The notes: a model not told the origin generated them from the sequence alone. Shown: positions 40,326 through 51,397, numbered from the stretch's first letter. The stretch: 64,000 nt of DNA from an uncultured Methanobrevibacter sp. (GCA_902789505.1 CADAOO010000004.1:4659-68658), one strand, 5' to 3'. Translations and numbers: made by a program.

Positions 40326-41048
40326 ATGGAACTTTTAGATGAAATCATAGACCTGCTGAATGATGCAAAATTTCAAGAAGTAATAGCTAAAATTGATGAT
40401 TTTCTGGATAAAAATCCCGAATATAAGACTATAGATTACTACCATTTCGCAAATCCTCTTGAAGAGCTTCTATTTGACCATTATCTCGGAGACATTAACT
40501 CTGTTAAAACGTTAAGTCTGGATGAGCCACTGGAGGAAATCTATACAATATACTCCATAGCTTATATGGGTATGGGCAAGCTGGAAGAGGCAGAAAAGTA
40601 TCTAAAAATTGCCAATCAAATCAATCCGGTATCAGCGCAGATACTTATGAGATTATGTGAGCTTTACCAGGAAAAACACGAGGAAGAGAAATTAAAGGAT
40701 CTCTCATGTGACATCTTCAGATATGCATATGACGTTGACATTCTGACCTCCAACTATTTCAAGCTTGCAGATTATCTCTTCCATACAAACAAGAATATGG
40801 ATCTGTATGACCATCTATTAAATTTCTATCTGTTTTTAAGATCCGGTGAAGAGCAGAAACCGGTAGGGGATGATGTGAAATATTTCAAGGAAAACAACAT
40901 TCAGCTCGGAGCCAATCGTGAGATATTCATGATGCTGATGTATCTAATTGAGGTTCACGAACAAAAGAACATGCCTGGAGCTGTCGAATACTTCAAAAAC
41001 ATTTTCAATGAGCTTGCAGGATTCACCAAATATGTAAATCATTTATAG
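40326..41048 (+). CDS. TPR protein
   Basis: AYMGMGKLEEAEKYLKIANQINPVSAQILMRLCELY. Confidence 0.8.
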   Translation: MELLDEIIDLLNDAKFQEVIAKIDDFLDKNPEYKTIDYYHFANPLEELLFDHYLGDINSVKTLSLDEPLEEIYTIYSIAYMGMGKLEEAEKYLKIANQINPVSAQILMRLCELYQEKHEEEKLKDLSCDIFRYAYDVDILTSNYFKLADYLFHTNKNMDLYDHLLNFYLFLRSGEEQKPVGDDVKYFKENNIQLGANREIFMMLMYLIEVHEQKNMPGAVEYFKNIFNELAGFTKYVNHL

Positions 41049-41056
41049 GTGATAAA

Positions 41057-41890
41057 ATGGATAAGAAAGATTTGGAAAACGTGATTAAAGAAACAACACT
41101 GGTGGACAATTCACAATTGGAAGAGCTGATGAGTAAAGAACTGACAGTTGAAAGCCAAAACGAATTTTTAAGATTATTCAAGGATTCACAGCTGTTCATG
41201 CCAGTTACATGGTCAGAAAACATGTTTGAAGGAATTGAAAACGCAAAAGAGGGGGACATATTCGAACCTGAAGGTCGGGTAGGATTTGACATAAACTATC
41301 TGACAGGCGAGAACGGCACAAAGGCTGTGCCTCTTTTTACAAGCAGTGAAATAATGGAAAAGGCAGGCGTTCAAAGCTCAGCAAACATATTGTTCATGAG
41401 CGATCTTGCAGACATGCTCAAACAGACTGACAGATATTCCGCAGTTGCTGTAAATCCATTTACGAAAATGGAGATTGACATACCAATGGATGTGTTTTTG
41501 AATCTGTTTTACAAACCGACTGAAGAGGAAATAAAAGCGATTGAAGCTTTAGATAAAGTATTGAAAATCATAAAGAAGCATTCAATCGAACTCGATGAAA
41601 ATTCCACATTTTTCTTAAGAAGCGATGAAAACATAATGGTTGATGCGGCCGTTGACGGCGTTTTCACACCTCAGTTGCCTTTATATGTAAGCAGCAATCC
41701 TCATCAGGGTGAGGATTTGAAGTATACCAACATATTGCTGATGCCAAAATCCAAAAAGTTCCTTCCGCTAGGTTCTGAAGAAGAATTGGATATTATAATC
41801 GCACCGGGAACCGAATTCAAGCTTGAGGATGTGCTGGATGAGACTCAAAATCTCTGGATGTGTGGCAATCAACCATTTTTTGATGATTAA
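41057..41890 (+). CDS. SseB-family protein with C-terminal ADP-ribosyltransferase-like domain
   Basis: SQLFMPV...AVPLFTS...AVNPF (SseB). C-term FLR...YVSSN...ILLMPK...EELDIIIAPGTEFKL. Confidence 0.7.
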   Translation: MDKKDLENVIKETTLVDNSQLEELMSKELTVESQNEFLRLFKDSQLFMPVTWSENMFEGIENAKEGDIFEPEGRVGFDINYLTGENGTKAVPLFTSSEIMEKAGVQSSANILFMSDLADMLKQTDRYSAVAVNPFTKMEIDIPMDVFLNLFYKPTEEEIKAIEALDKVLKIIKKHSIELDENSTFFLRSDENIMVDAAVDGVFTPQLPLYVSSNPHQGEDLKYTNILLMPKSKKFLPLGSEEELDIIIAPGTEFKLEDVLDETQNLWMCGNQPFFDD

Positions 41891-41916
41891 ACAAACACGC
41901 AAGATTAAAATATGGA

Positions 41917-43437
41917 TTGGATAAAGGTAATATCATGAATAAATTAAATTTGTCAAAATCAAGTTACTGCAGCTGCGTGCAGTGTGAAAAGATTTTATGG
42001 CTGAATGAATATAAACCAAAAGTTAAAGAGGAAAAAAGCAGTGATGCCATTCTGGAAGCAGGAAAAAAGGTGGGCGAGTTTGCAAAGGGCCTTTTCGGAG
42101 ACTATGAAGACGTCCCATATGATAACAGTCAAAGTGCAATGTTAGAAAAAACCAAAGAGCTTATGGAAAAAAAGCCTAATGTCATTACCGAAGCGTCATT
42201 TTCCTATGATAACAATTTCTGCAGGGTGGATATCCTTAAAAATGACACAGACGGTGTGGAAATCTATGAGGTGAAAAGCTCTACAAAAATCAAGGACATC
42301 TACCTTGATGACGTTGCATACCAGTACTTTGTCCTATCAAATCTTGGTTTGAACGTGAAAAAGGCAACAATCGTTTACATAAACAAGGATTACGTATTAC
42401 AAAAAGAACTGGATATGAATCAGCTGTTCAATATTGAAGACATTACCGATATTGCAGTTCAAAAGCAGGATGAGGTAAAAACCAACATTGACATGGCCAA
42501 CAGCTTCATGGAAATGCACGGAAGTGACGATGAGCCTGTAAAGGATATTGGAGTCTACTGTCTTGACCCCTATGACTGTGATTTCTGGGATTACTGTACC
42601 AGAGATTTGCCAAAACCAAACGTTTTCGATATAATGGGCGGAATGCGAAAATCTGCAAAATTCGACAAGTATTATGAAGGAAAAATTTCATTTGAAGATT
42701 TGGAAAACGAAGACCTCAATCCAAAATACCTTGAACAGATTGATTTCACCCTGAATGACAGGGAACCGAAAATAGAACGAGAAGCAATAAAAGAATTATT
42801 GGATTCTCTTAAATATCCCCTATATTTCATTGACTATGAGGCTTTCCAGTGCGCAATACCTGAATATGAGGGAACAAAACCCTATCAGCAGATACCTTTC
42901 CAGTACTCATTGCATATAATTCCGCATGAGGGTGCACCTTTGGAACATAAGGAATATCTGGCGCAAGCCGATGATGAAAACATTATCAGAAACTTTGCAG
43001 AGAGCATGATTGGTGATTTGCCGGAAAACGGCAGTGTTATTGTCTATAACAAGACTTTTGAAGAAAGTCTCGTAAATAAAAAGATTGCTTTGATGTATCC
43101 TGATTTAGCCGATGAAATCGAAAGAATCAACGGCAATATAGTTGATATAATGGTGCCGTTCAGCAGAAGAAACTATTACACCAAAGAGATGGAAGGCTCA
43201 TATTCAATCAAAAAGGTTTTGCCTGCATTATATCCGGATGATCCTGAATTGGATTATGGAAATTTAAATTTGATACATAAAGGTGATGAGGCATCACAGG
43301 CATTCTTAAGTCTAAGGGATATGGCTCCAAAAGAGCGGAAAAAAACTAGGGAAGCCCTGCTTAGATACTGTGAGCTTGATACTTATGCCATGGTAAAGAT
43401 ATGGGAAAAGTTCAGGGAAGTTACAGGTGAGGATTAA
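41917..43437 (+). CDS. DUF2779-domain protein (RecB/Cas4-like nuclease + RNase H-like domain)
   Basis: LSKS..C.QCEK.LWL, RVDIL, YEVKSST, DVAYQ, C..PYDCDFWDYC, FIDYE, PYQQIPFQYSLH, GSYSIKKVLP, YCELDT. Confidence 0.9.
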   Translation: MDKGNIMNKLNLSKSSYCSCVQCEKILWLNEYKPKVKEEKSSDAILEAGKKVGEFAKGLFGDYEDVPYDNSQSAMLEKTKELMEKKPNVITEASFSYDNNFCRVDILKNDTDGVEIYEVKSSTKIKDIYLDDVAYQYFVLSNLGLNVKKATIVYINKDYVLQKELDMNQLFNIEDITDIAVQKQDEVKTNIDMANSFMEMHGSDDEPVKDIGVYCLDPYDCDFWDYCTRDLPKPNVFDIMGGMRKSAKFDKYYEGKISFEDLENEDLNPKYLEQIDFTLNDREPKIEREAIKELLDSLKYPLYFIDYEAFQCAIPEYEGTKPYQQIPFQYSLHIIPHEGAPLEHKEYLAQADDENIIRNFAESMIGDLPENGSVIVYNKTFEESLVNKKIALMYPDLADEIERINGNIVDIMVPFSRRNYYTKEMEGSYSIKKVLPALYPDDPELDYGNLNLIHKGDEASQAFLSLRDMAPKERKKTREALLRYCELDTYAMVKIWEKFREVTGED

Positions 43438-43742
43438 CATTAACCTTTGCCAAAAGTTGTTTTAAAATCACTTTTCAAAAGCGTTTTGAATAATTATCAT
43501 GATTCCGATTTGGTTTTGATTTTCCAAAACAGTAATGTTAATGTCAGAAATGATTCGTTAAATCAAATGAAAAAATCTAACTATCAATTATATTGGTGCT
43601 GGCATTAAGTATTTTGCATCCAAATCATATGAAAAAATGTTGCTTGAAATGTTCTAAACTTGCAATGATTGGGGTCATGAAAAAGGCAAAAGAATTATTT
43701 GAAGAAATCCATAAACATAGTATTTAATAACGGGGTGTTAAT

Positions 43743-44537
43743 ATGAAAATCAAACTCAATGATGTATGTTCCATCAACAATGCGGATATTGACATTTCAA
43801 AAATCAATGTTGTGGGCGGCGTCAACTCAAGCGGAAAATCAATAGTGTCCAAACTTCTGTACTGTTATCTGAAATCAGAAAAGGACGATGAATCACTTGA
43901 ATTTTTAATGGACAGTGAAGGACTTTCAAATCTGAAAGATTCCAATATAACTTTCAAATCAGATTCAGATATCTCTGAAGTCTTTTATATTGACAACATT
44001 TCAATCCTGGATTTAAAGAACCTCGACATTTTAAGGGTGGATCATATAATCCATATCAAGGAAGCTCTGGAAAATGAGGAGTATTCCTCAAGGCCTTCCA
44101 TAATACAGGAAATCTTAAAAAATGACTGCACCGATCTGTCAGCGGCAGGAATAAAACAGATTGGAATCATTGAAATCCTGCTTCAGAACAACTCACTTAG
44201 GGAGAACTCATTTTTAATCATTGATGAGCCTGAAAGCAACCTGCATCCTCAATGGCAAATCAGGTTTGCCCAAATCTTAACAGTTCTTTCAAAGGAAATG
44301 GGCATTTACATATATCTCAACTCCCACAGTCCCATATTTATCGAAGCGGTCAGTCTTTATGTACAATTCTACGATCTGCTCGATGAAACTTCATTCTACC
44401 TGACCCAAAAGCAGGATAACGGCAAATACGACTTCAGAAAAATCAATCCAAAGAACATGGGTGATGTCTATGAAGATTTGACAAGACCCTATGATGAGCT
44501 TGACAAGATAAAAGCCGAAATCATTTTCAAGGGGTGA
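43743..44537 (+). CDS. Compact ABC/AAA (AbiEii/AAA_21-like) ATPase
   Basis: GVNSSGKS, AAGIKQIG, IIDEPESNLHPQWQ, NSHSP. Confidence 0.85.
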   Translation: MKIKLNDVCSINNADIDISKINVVGGVNSSGKSIVSKLLYCYLKSEKDDESLEFLMDSEGLSNLKDSNITFKSDSDISEVFYIDNISILDLKNLDILRVDHIIHIKEALENEEYSSRPSIIQEILKNDCTDLSAAGIKQIGIIEILLQNNSLRENSFLIIDEPESNLHPQWQIRFAQILTVLSKEMGIYIYLNSHSPIFIEAVSLYVQFYDLLDETSFYLTQKQDNGKYDFRKINPKNMGDVYEDLTRPYDELDKIKAEIIFKG

Positions 44538-45364
44538 TTTTCATGTCTTTAACAAAGGAGGAAACATTATTTGTGGACTTTCTGGATTCATTCCATCAAT
44601 TCTACAAAAAGGCCCATGAGATAGCTGAAAACTCTAAGGGGATATCAATTCTGCCGATGGAAGACGGCAAAAACGAGTTCAGGATGTATTCCCTTGATGA
44701 AATATGTCACTCATGTCAGATATTCAGGGAAGGAAATCTTTTAATCACTCCGAAGACAACCGATGCAATATGGTACAAAAAGAAAAATGATAAATTCTTT
44801 ATTTTTTTAATTGAATTCAAGGGAGACTTTCTTTGCAGAAATTCAACGAAATGCCTGCTTGTCAGTGCTGTTGATGATTTAAAAGTCAAAAACGAAAGAT
44901 TCAACAACGAATTTTCAAAAGACATAGCCAAACTTGATACGGTTATCGACAAGTATTCCGACAGGATGCTGAATGGACTTGCTGCAAAACCGTTGGAAAC
45001 TGTGACAATTGCATTGCCGTTAATCTATGAAGAGTATTATGAGAAAAACAAGGATGATGTTGAATATTTAGATATCAGGGAATTTCTTAATAAATCAAGA
45101 ATTATTTATCGTGTCGTTTCCATTTCAGATAAATACGAGCCGAACCGCCAGCGTTCAAGGGGAAAGTCCTACCGGTGCTCCAATATGATTCCATCAATCT
45201 GCAAAAGACTTGCCCATGAAAGGCGTGACCGTGAACTGGACTCATCATATGAATCAAGCCTGGAGACCTATCACAGAAGATATGAAAGGGCGGGAATAGT
45301 CTATAGCGCAGGCTTTGTCGATAATGTTGCATTCAATAATTTCATTGAGAATTATTTAAAATGA
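44534..45364 (+). CDS. Putative PD-(D/E)xK nuclease partner of the ATPase
   Basis: PKTTDAIW...FLIEFKG...KPLET. Overlaps the ATPase stop. Confidence 0.55.
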   Translation: MIFMSLTKEETLFVDFLDSFHQFYKKAHEIAENSKGISILPMEDGKNEFRMYSLDEICHSCQIFREGNLLITPKTTDAIWYKKKNDKFFIFLIEFKGDFLCRNSTKCLLVSAVDDLKVKNERFNNEFSKDIAKLDTVIDKYSDRMLNGLAAKPLETVTIALPLIYEEYYEKNKDDVEYLDIREFLNKSRIIYRVVSISDKYEPNRQRSRGKSYRCSNMIPSICKRLAHERRDRELDSSYESSLETYHRRYERAGIVYSAGFVDNVAFNNFIENYLK

Positions 45365-45401
45365 GTTTATCGTGACTGTCAAAAAGCCATATAATGTATT
45401 T

Positions 45402-45590
45402 AATATCAATAGAAAATGGCATTATTGACATGTTCTCTTTCATATTGTTAATAAAATGCCAATAGCGGAACTGTTGGCTAAAAAAGAAGATTCAAAAACT
45501 ACAAAATATTTTTTAAAAAACAGTATTCAACCAAAAGACTGCATTACCATAGTTTCTGATTTAAAATCAAGTTATGATTTCATTGCCTAT
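45402..45590 (+). mobile_element. Transposase remnant
   Basis: NINRKWHY*HVLFHIVNKMPIAELLAKKEDSKT...IVSDLKSSYD resembles the DDE core of methanogen IS transposases, with an internal stop at 45426. Confidence 0.55.
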
Positions 45591-45667
45591 GATACCATAG
45601 AAAATGAAAAAAATGTAAATATCTCCTTTAACATAATAGTTAAATAAGAAAATAGGGGGTAAATGAA

Positions 45668-46174
45668 ATGAAAATGAAAAGGATAGTGATAGTGGCACTG
45701 GTTATAGTGGCCGTTTTATTGTCCGCGGCTGTAGTCAGTGCGGGATTTCTGGAAGATCTCTTTGGAGTGCAGCACAAGGACAATGTCGTGGAAATAGAAA
45801 ACATCAAATTCAATACAACAAATGTGACATCATTCAAGCTGTCAAATGAAACAAACGTTTCAGGCGTACATGCAAGCGCATATGTTGATGATAAGGATAC
45901 AGGATATAACGTGCACATAATAAACTGCAGTGGAATCGAGTCAAACGCCGCTACTGATTTCATTCAGGATTATCTCACCAAGTTTGACAAGTCACCGTCC
46001 CAGACAATCAGCGGGGCAGTCATATACACCATATCCGCTGATTCAGGAAGCCATGCCGGCCAGCCAAGATATGTGGGTTACGTTCAAAACAAGGATTTGA
46101 AAACCCTGGTTGAGATAAGCTCTCCTGATGCAAATGAAACATCAAAAATGATTCGTTCATTGACATTCAAATAG
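45668..46174 (+). CDS. Secreted hypothetical protein
   Basis: Signal peptide ...SAAVVSA|GFLEDLFG. Confidence 0.8.
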   Translation: MKMKRIVIVALVIVAVLLSAAVVSAGFLEDLFGVQHKDNVVEIENIKFNTTNVTSFKLSNETNVSGVHASAYVDDKDTGYNVHIINCSGIESNAATDFIQDYLTKFDKSPSQTISGAVIYTISADSGSHAGQPRYVGYVQNKDLKTLVEISSPDANETSKMIRSLTFK

Positions 46175-46396
46175 AAACAAAACTGGAGATGCACACAGCA
46201 CCTCCCTACTCTTTTTTTCAGATATATTAAATGGCCCTGAAAAATGGGTTGCAGCAGATGATTAACCGACACTTATTTTTTTAATAAATCATGTTCATAT
46301 TATTCTTATTTTTCTACATATTATTCAGTAATATATTTTTTTCAAAACGAATATATAGTAATTTAAACACAAATAATTATCAATTGAATATTATGT

Positions 46397-49132
46397 ATGG
46401 GGGCAGAATTTTTGATAAATAAAAGATTAATGATGCTTGCAATACTGCTTGCAGGTCTGCTGGCGGTTTCAGCCGTAGGCGCCGCGGACAATGCAACAGG
46501 TGATATTGCAGATGAAGAAATAAGAGCTGATGAGGCTGTGGTAATTGAGGAAAATCAGGAGATTTTAAGTGAAAATGATGATTATGGAACATTTACAGAT
46601 TTGGCTAATTTGATAAATGATGCTGATATTAACTTAACGTTAGCTAAAAACTATAGGTTTACGGATGCAGATTCCAAATACGTGAATGGAATAGAAATCC
46701 GTAATGGCATTAATATTTTCGGTAACGGAGCTACCATCGACGGGTCCAATCAGGCAAGAATTTTTAATGTATTCATATATTCAAGTTTTCATGATATGAA
46801 TTTCATAAATGCCAAATCCGATATGGGCGGTGCCATTATGGGCAGCAGAGATGATAGCTTTGCTGTTTATAACTCCAATTTCACCAACAATCATGCAGAT
46901 TCATTAGGCGGAGCCTTATATAACGGCCATGCAATCAACTGCAGTTTTAAAAACAACACTGCCGAGTATGGAGGAGCAATTTATATAGGTGCTGCGGATA
47001 ACAGTACTTTTGAGGACAATTCCGCTTATTATGCCGGGGCGGTCTATAATGTGTATGCCGTAAACTCCACATTTCTCAGAAATCATGCGGATGATTCATG
47101 CGGAGCCATGTTTAACAACTCTGCGGCAAACTGCACTTTCACCGGAAATTATGCGAATAATCATTCGGGCGCTTTCGGTTTTGGTTATGCTTCAAACTCC
47201 ACATTCACTGACAATCACGCAAATCATGCAGGTGCTTTTGGGTTCGGCACTGCCGATTCATGCATCTTCAAAAGCAATCATGCCGATGAAGGAGGAGCAA
47301 TGTTTGCCGGTGATGCGAATGAATCAGTTTTCATTGAAAACCATGCAATTCGGGGAGGAGCCCTGTTGGGCAATGTTCAGGTTTCCAACTGCAGTTTCGA
47401 AAACAATTACGCCACTGAATATGGAGGAGCAATATTTGAAAGTTATGCCGAGAGATGTAATTTCACAGGAAATCATGCAAAAAGTGGAGGTGCCATTTAT
47501 AACGGTCCGGACGGTACTGCACACTGCATTTTCACAAACAACTCCGCAGATGAATACGGGGGAGCCCTTTACGGAACATATGCAAACAACTGCACATTCA
47601 CACTTAATTCCGCAAACTTCGGAGGAGCAATCTCATCACATTCATCAGCTTCAAATTCGGCTTTTGTAAGCAATACTGCAAGGACCAGCGGCAGCAACAA
47701 GTTCGATTCATATGTTTTCAACTGTACCTATGACGGAAAGCTGCCGAAATATACTCTCTACTGTCCGGACTTTGAAGCTGTGGAAGGATTCGGCACAAAC
47801 ATTATTGTAAAGATGTATGACTCTCCGGGCTATTTCGTTGACGGGGAAATAATAACAGTCAATATATATAATGAAAACAATACTCTTGTTAAAACTTATG
47901 GTGATGCACAAACAGGGTATAACATATTCATTAATCTGCCAGCAGGACGATACAGCTTAATCGCCAGCGTAAAGGATAATGCCTATGACATCAACTCCAT
48001 CAACATTACCGGAATCATTAAAAAACCGACTTTCATTTATGCGGGAAATGTCAACGCCACATATAAGGACGGCAAAACCCTGAATATTTACCTCCACGGA
48101 CCTGATGATATGGCTCTTGCCAATGAAAGGCTTTCCGTTACCCTTAATGGAGAGGATAAAAACTACACAACCGACATCAAAGGTCAGGTCATTATTCCGT
48201 TAGACAGTCTGCTTCCTGGAAATTACTCTGCAGACATCTCTTTTGCCGGAGATAGCGGGTATGTGGAATCTTCCGCACAGGCAAATGTCACAATAAACAA
48301 ACTGGAAACTAAATTAACTGCAGAGTATGATGTCGGCAGTGAAAACATTGTCGCTACCGTAAAGGATTTGAAGGGAAATCCCGTCAGAGGGCTTGAGGTA
48401 GGCTTTGCCGTTGACGGCGTGAAATATGTAACCACCGATGCAAAGGGTCAGGCAAGGTATTCCACCAAAGGCCTGGGAGATAAGGTTCACAATGTAAAAG
48501 TGATGGTATACGGCAATGATATATATAATGATTCAAATCAGGAAACCGTTAAAGTTGGAAACAAGACTCAGACAAAAATCTTTTTGCGTAACGCACTCTA
48601 TTTCGTTACACAGACAAAACTGGTTCGGGTTACCCTGTGGGATGCAAACAACCACCCCCTTTCAAATAAAACCGTTTATATCAGAGCATATGATTCAATA
48701 TGGCATGGCGTAACCGATGAAAACGGTGATGCATACGTCAGGGTGGGTATCGGTTTCGGAGTGCACGATGCCACAGTCGGCTTTGAGGGGGACGATGATT
48801 ACAATTCATCAACCAGAGCGGGTTACATCAGGGTCATCAAGCAGACTCCTTCCGTGATGGTGAGAGGTGCCGACAGCCAGTTCAAGGCAGGTGACAGCAA
48901 CAAAGTCGTTAAAGTCCACTTGAGAGACAGATATAACCAGCCGCTCATTGCCAACTCAAAAATAGTCTTCAAGCTAAACGGCAAGACTTACATCGGATTT
49001 ACCGACATCAACGGTGTTGCAAGCATTGAAATCAGCATAAACACTGTAGGCATATTCACCGCCCAGGCAATGTACGGAGGCAACAGTGCTTTCAATGCGG
49101 TAACAAGAGATATTAAAATTAGAATAACATAG
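46397..49132 (+). CDS. Adhesin-like protein (GGA(I/L)/FxxN beta-helix repeats + Ig-like domains)
   Basis: Signal peptide, GTFTDLANLIN, TIDGSNQARIF, many F.NN.A..GGAI repeats. C-terminal region homologous to 54122-56647. Confidence 0.92.
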   Translation: MGAEFLINKRLMMLAILLAGLLAVSAVGAADNATGDIADEEIRADEAVVIEENQEILSENDDYGTFTDLANLINDADINLTLAKNYRFTDADSKYVNGIEIRNGINIFGNGATIDGSNQARIFNVFIYSSFHDMNFINAKSDMGGAIMGSRDDSFAVYNSNFTNNHADSLGGALYNGHAINCSFKNNTAEYGGAIYIGAADNSTFEDNSAYYAGAVYNVYAVNSTFLRNHADDSCGAMFNNSAANCTFTGNYANNHSGAFGFGYASNSTFTDNHANHAGAFGFGTADSCIFKSNHADEGGAMFAGDANESVFIENHAIRGGALLGNVQVSNCSFENNYATEYGGAIFESYAERCNFTGNHAKSGGAIYNGPDGTAHCIFTNNSADEYGGALYGTYANNCTFTLNSANFGGAISSHSSASNSAFVSNTARTSGSNKFDSYVFNCTYDGKLPKYTLYCPDFEAVEGFGTNIIVKMYDSPGYFVDGEIITVNIYNENNTLVKTYGDAQTGYNIFINLPAGRYSLIASVKDNAYDINSINITGIIKKPTFIYAGNVNATYKDGKTLNIYLHGPDDMALANERLSVTLNGEDKNYTTDIKGQVIIPLDSLLPGNYSADISFAGDSGYVESSAQANVTINKLETKLTAEYDVGSENIVATVKDLKGNPVRGLEVGFAVDGVKYVTTDAKGQARYSTKGLGDKVHNVKVMVYGNDIYNDSNQETVKVGNKTQTKIFLRNALYFVTQTKLVRVTLWDANNHPLSNKTVYIRAYDSIWHGVTDENGDAYVRVGIGFGVHDATVGFEGDDDYNSSTRAGYIRVIKQTPSVMVRGADSQFKAGDSNKVVKVHLRDRYNQPLIANSKIVFKLNGKTYIGFTDINGVASIEISINTVGIFTAQAMYGGNSAFNAVTRDIKIRIT

Positions 49133-49160
49133 AGATTTTTACAATCTCTACCTTTTTTTA
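49130..49160 (+). terminator. Putative terminator TAGAGATT-5-AATCTCTA + T-tract
   Basis: Overlaps the adhesin stop. A similar element follows 56647. Confidence 0.6.
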
Positions 49161-49376
49161 TTATTTGATACTATTTTTTATGTCAGATTCTTGATTTGGG
49201 CATAGCTTATTATGTTATTTCTATTTTTTGTGCAATTATTTGAATCAGTTTTTCAGTATTTGTAATGCCCTATTTGCCGACAAGGCAATTTTTTTTTAGT
49301 TTTGTGTGGATTTAGGAATTGTTATATACATATTTAACACAATATTAAATTATATTAATATTTATTTCTGGGTGAT

Positions 49377-49925
49377 TTGATGGATAAGAATAAAATGATT
49401 ATTTGCGTTTTAGTTGCGATTGTTATAGTTCTTTTAGTGGCTTTAGCTGCAATAATACCTCAGGCAAATAAACAAAAAACAATTTTGACCTTTGAAAATG
49501 GACATGAATTTAGCGAAGGTGATTCAATACAGATTAAGTTGACTGATGCCAATGGAACAGCATTAGCCAATCAGACTGTAAATGTTACAATAACTGATGG
49601 CAATAAAGCAAATTATTATTATTCTGTCGTTACTGATGACAATGGTATTGGCACTTTGAAATTGGATAAAAGTGCTGGTGAATATAACGTAACCCTTAGT
49701 TATGATGGCAATAATGGTTATAAGAGTTGCAATGAAACTCAAAAAATAACCATTAAAGAAAAAGCAACTCAAACAGAACTAACAACAACTGAAGATAGTA
49801 TTGAGAAATATAGGACACGATCTGGAACATATTTGGAAGTTATGCCGTCAGGAGATGTTGTGGAAATGAGTGCTGATGGATCTACTGTTGTTAGCGTTAA
49901 TGGTGACCCTCATGCAGCTTTCTAA
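49377..49925 (+). CDS. Membrane-anchored Ig-like protein (tandem paralogue 1)
   Basis: TM + GDSIQIKLTDANG..LANQTVNVTI...GEYNVT..Y.GN + unique tail. Confidence 0.85.
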   Translation: MMDKNKMIICVLVAIVIVLLVALAAIIPQANKQKTILTFENGHEFSEGDSIQIKLTDANGTALANQTVNVTITDGNKANYYYSVVTDDNGIGTLKLDKSAGEYNVTLSYDGNNGYKSCNETQKITIKEKATQTELTTTEDSIEKYRTRSGTYLEVMPSGDVVEMSADGSTVVSVNGDPHAAF

Positions 49926-49955
49926 TAGGAGATATTATTATATATGGGGGATTTC

Positions 49956-50501
49956 ATGGAAAATGAAAACATAATCATAATATTGGTTGTAATAGCTGTC
50001 ATTCTTGCAGGTGCTGTTGGATTAATGTATTTAAAAACAACAGCTGCAAAACCGACTGAAATAAGAATAACCAGCAATGAAACTTTAAATAAAGGAGACA
50101 GTCTGACGATTCAATTAACTGATTTGAATAAAACAGCAATTTCTGAAAATGTCAGTATTGTAATAAAAAATACTGATGGTGCGGTTGTTGTTACTGGGAC
50201 TGTCAGTACCAATTCTAAAGGTCTAGCCAATTTCGATTTGGATTTGGAAAAAGGAGAATATACAGTTAATGTTACTTTTAATGGAAACAATAATTTCACA
50301 GGAAGTAATGCAACACAATAATTGACAATTAAAGAAGCGGTTACTGAAAGCATTGGTGACTCATCAAGTTCAGGTTACACTACCGAACCTGTTTATGATG
50401 CGCATACAATATCTTATAGAGATGGTGTGAGAGGGGTTTATAGTAAATCTGGAGAATTTTTCATAGACCCTACGCAAGATCCATCTTATAGATATCTTTA
50501 A
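49956..50501 (+). pseudogene. Membrane-anchored Ig-like protein (tandem paralogue 2) with AAA>TAA nonsense at 50319
   Basis: ATQ*LTIKEAVTES aligns to paralogue TQKITIKE. Frame continues to TAA at 50501. Confidence 0.8.
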
Positions 50502-50521
50502 AACAATATGGGGAGATATTC

Positions 50522-51112
50522 ATGGACAAAAATAAAATTATATTAATAGCGTTAATTGTAGTTATTATTGCGTTTTTAATTGGGATATTTGCAGCAATGC
50601 CAAATATGAACAAACAAAATACAAATTTAACAATTATAAGCAATGATACACTTAATGAAGGGGACTCTATTGAAATAAAATTGACTGATGCAGATGGAAA
50701 TTTATTGGTTAATCAAACAGTTAATGTAACTATCAAAGATAACAATAATGCAAGTTCTTCTTATTCAGTTGTTACTAACGAAAGTGGTTTTGGTGCTTTA
50801 AAGCTTGATAAAATTGCTGGAGAGTATAATGTAACCATTAGTTATGGTGGTAATGATAAGTATAATGGTTGTACTGCAACTAAAAAAATAAATATTGAAA
50901 AAGAAGTTGTTGAATCTGAAAATGGTGGTTCATCCAATTCTGGCAGTTCATCTTCAAGATATGTCTATGATGAAGCAGGCAAATTTGATACATATACAGG
51001 TAAATATGTGGGTGGTCAAGCTGACGGTCAAACAAGAGAGCAGGTAAGAAAATACAATCATGATATTGTTGAAGAAGAAAGAGCGTATAAACGGGAACAT
51101 GGTATGATTTGA
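50522..51112 (+). CDS. Membrane-anchored Ig-like protein (tandem paralogue 3)
   Basis: TM + Ig-like domain + Ser-rich linker + unique tail. Confidence 0.85.
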   Translation: MDKNKIILIALIVVIIAFLIGIFAAMPNMNKQNTNLTIISNDTLNEGDSIEIKLTDADGNLLVNQTVNVTIKDNNNASSSYSVVTNESGFGALKLDKIAGEYNVTISYGGNDKYNGCTATKKINIEKEVVESENGGSSNSGSSSSRYVYDEAGKFDTYTGKYVGGQADGQTREQVRKYNHDIVEEERAYKREHGMI

Positions 51113-51397
51113 TGAATGTAATATTTATCCAATAAAACCGGGAAGGCATGATTAAATAGAGTAGATGTTAATGCATTTGCTATTTTTTCTTTTTTTAATT
51201 TCATTTTATCTTTAAATTTTCTATTTACATCATTTATGATTAAAAATGCCCTGTTAAACAAAATCTTTTGGATTTTTAATATTCTATTCTCCAATTATTG
51301 AATAAATCATAAAAACGGTGAATTTTGCAGTCAATAAAGTTAAAAATAATATACATTATTTAAAAAGGTTTATTATATTAAAGATATAATTATTAAT

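Noticed and set aside
41917-43437. Cas4 / CRISPR adaptation gene
   Set aside because: The RecB-like motifs are part of a DUF2779 architecture. No cas1, cas2 or array is present.
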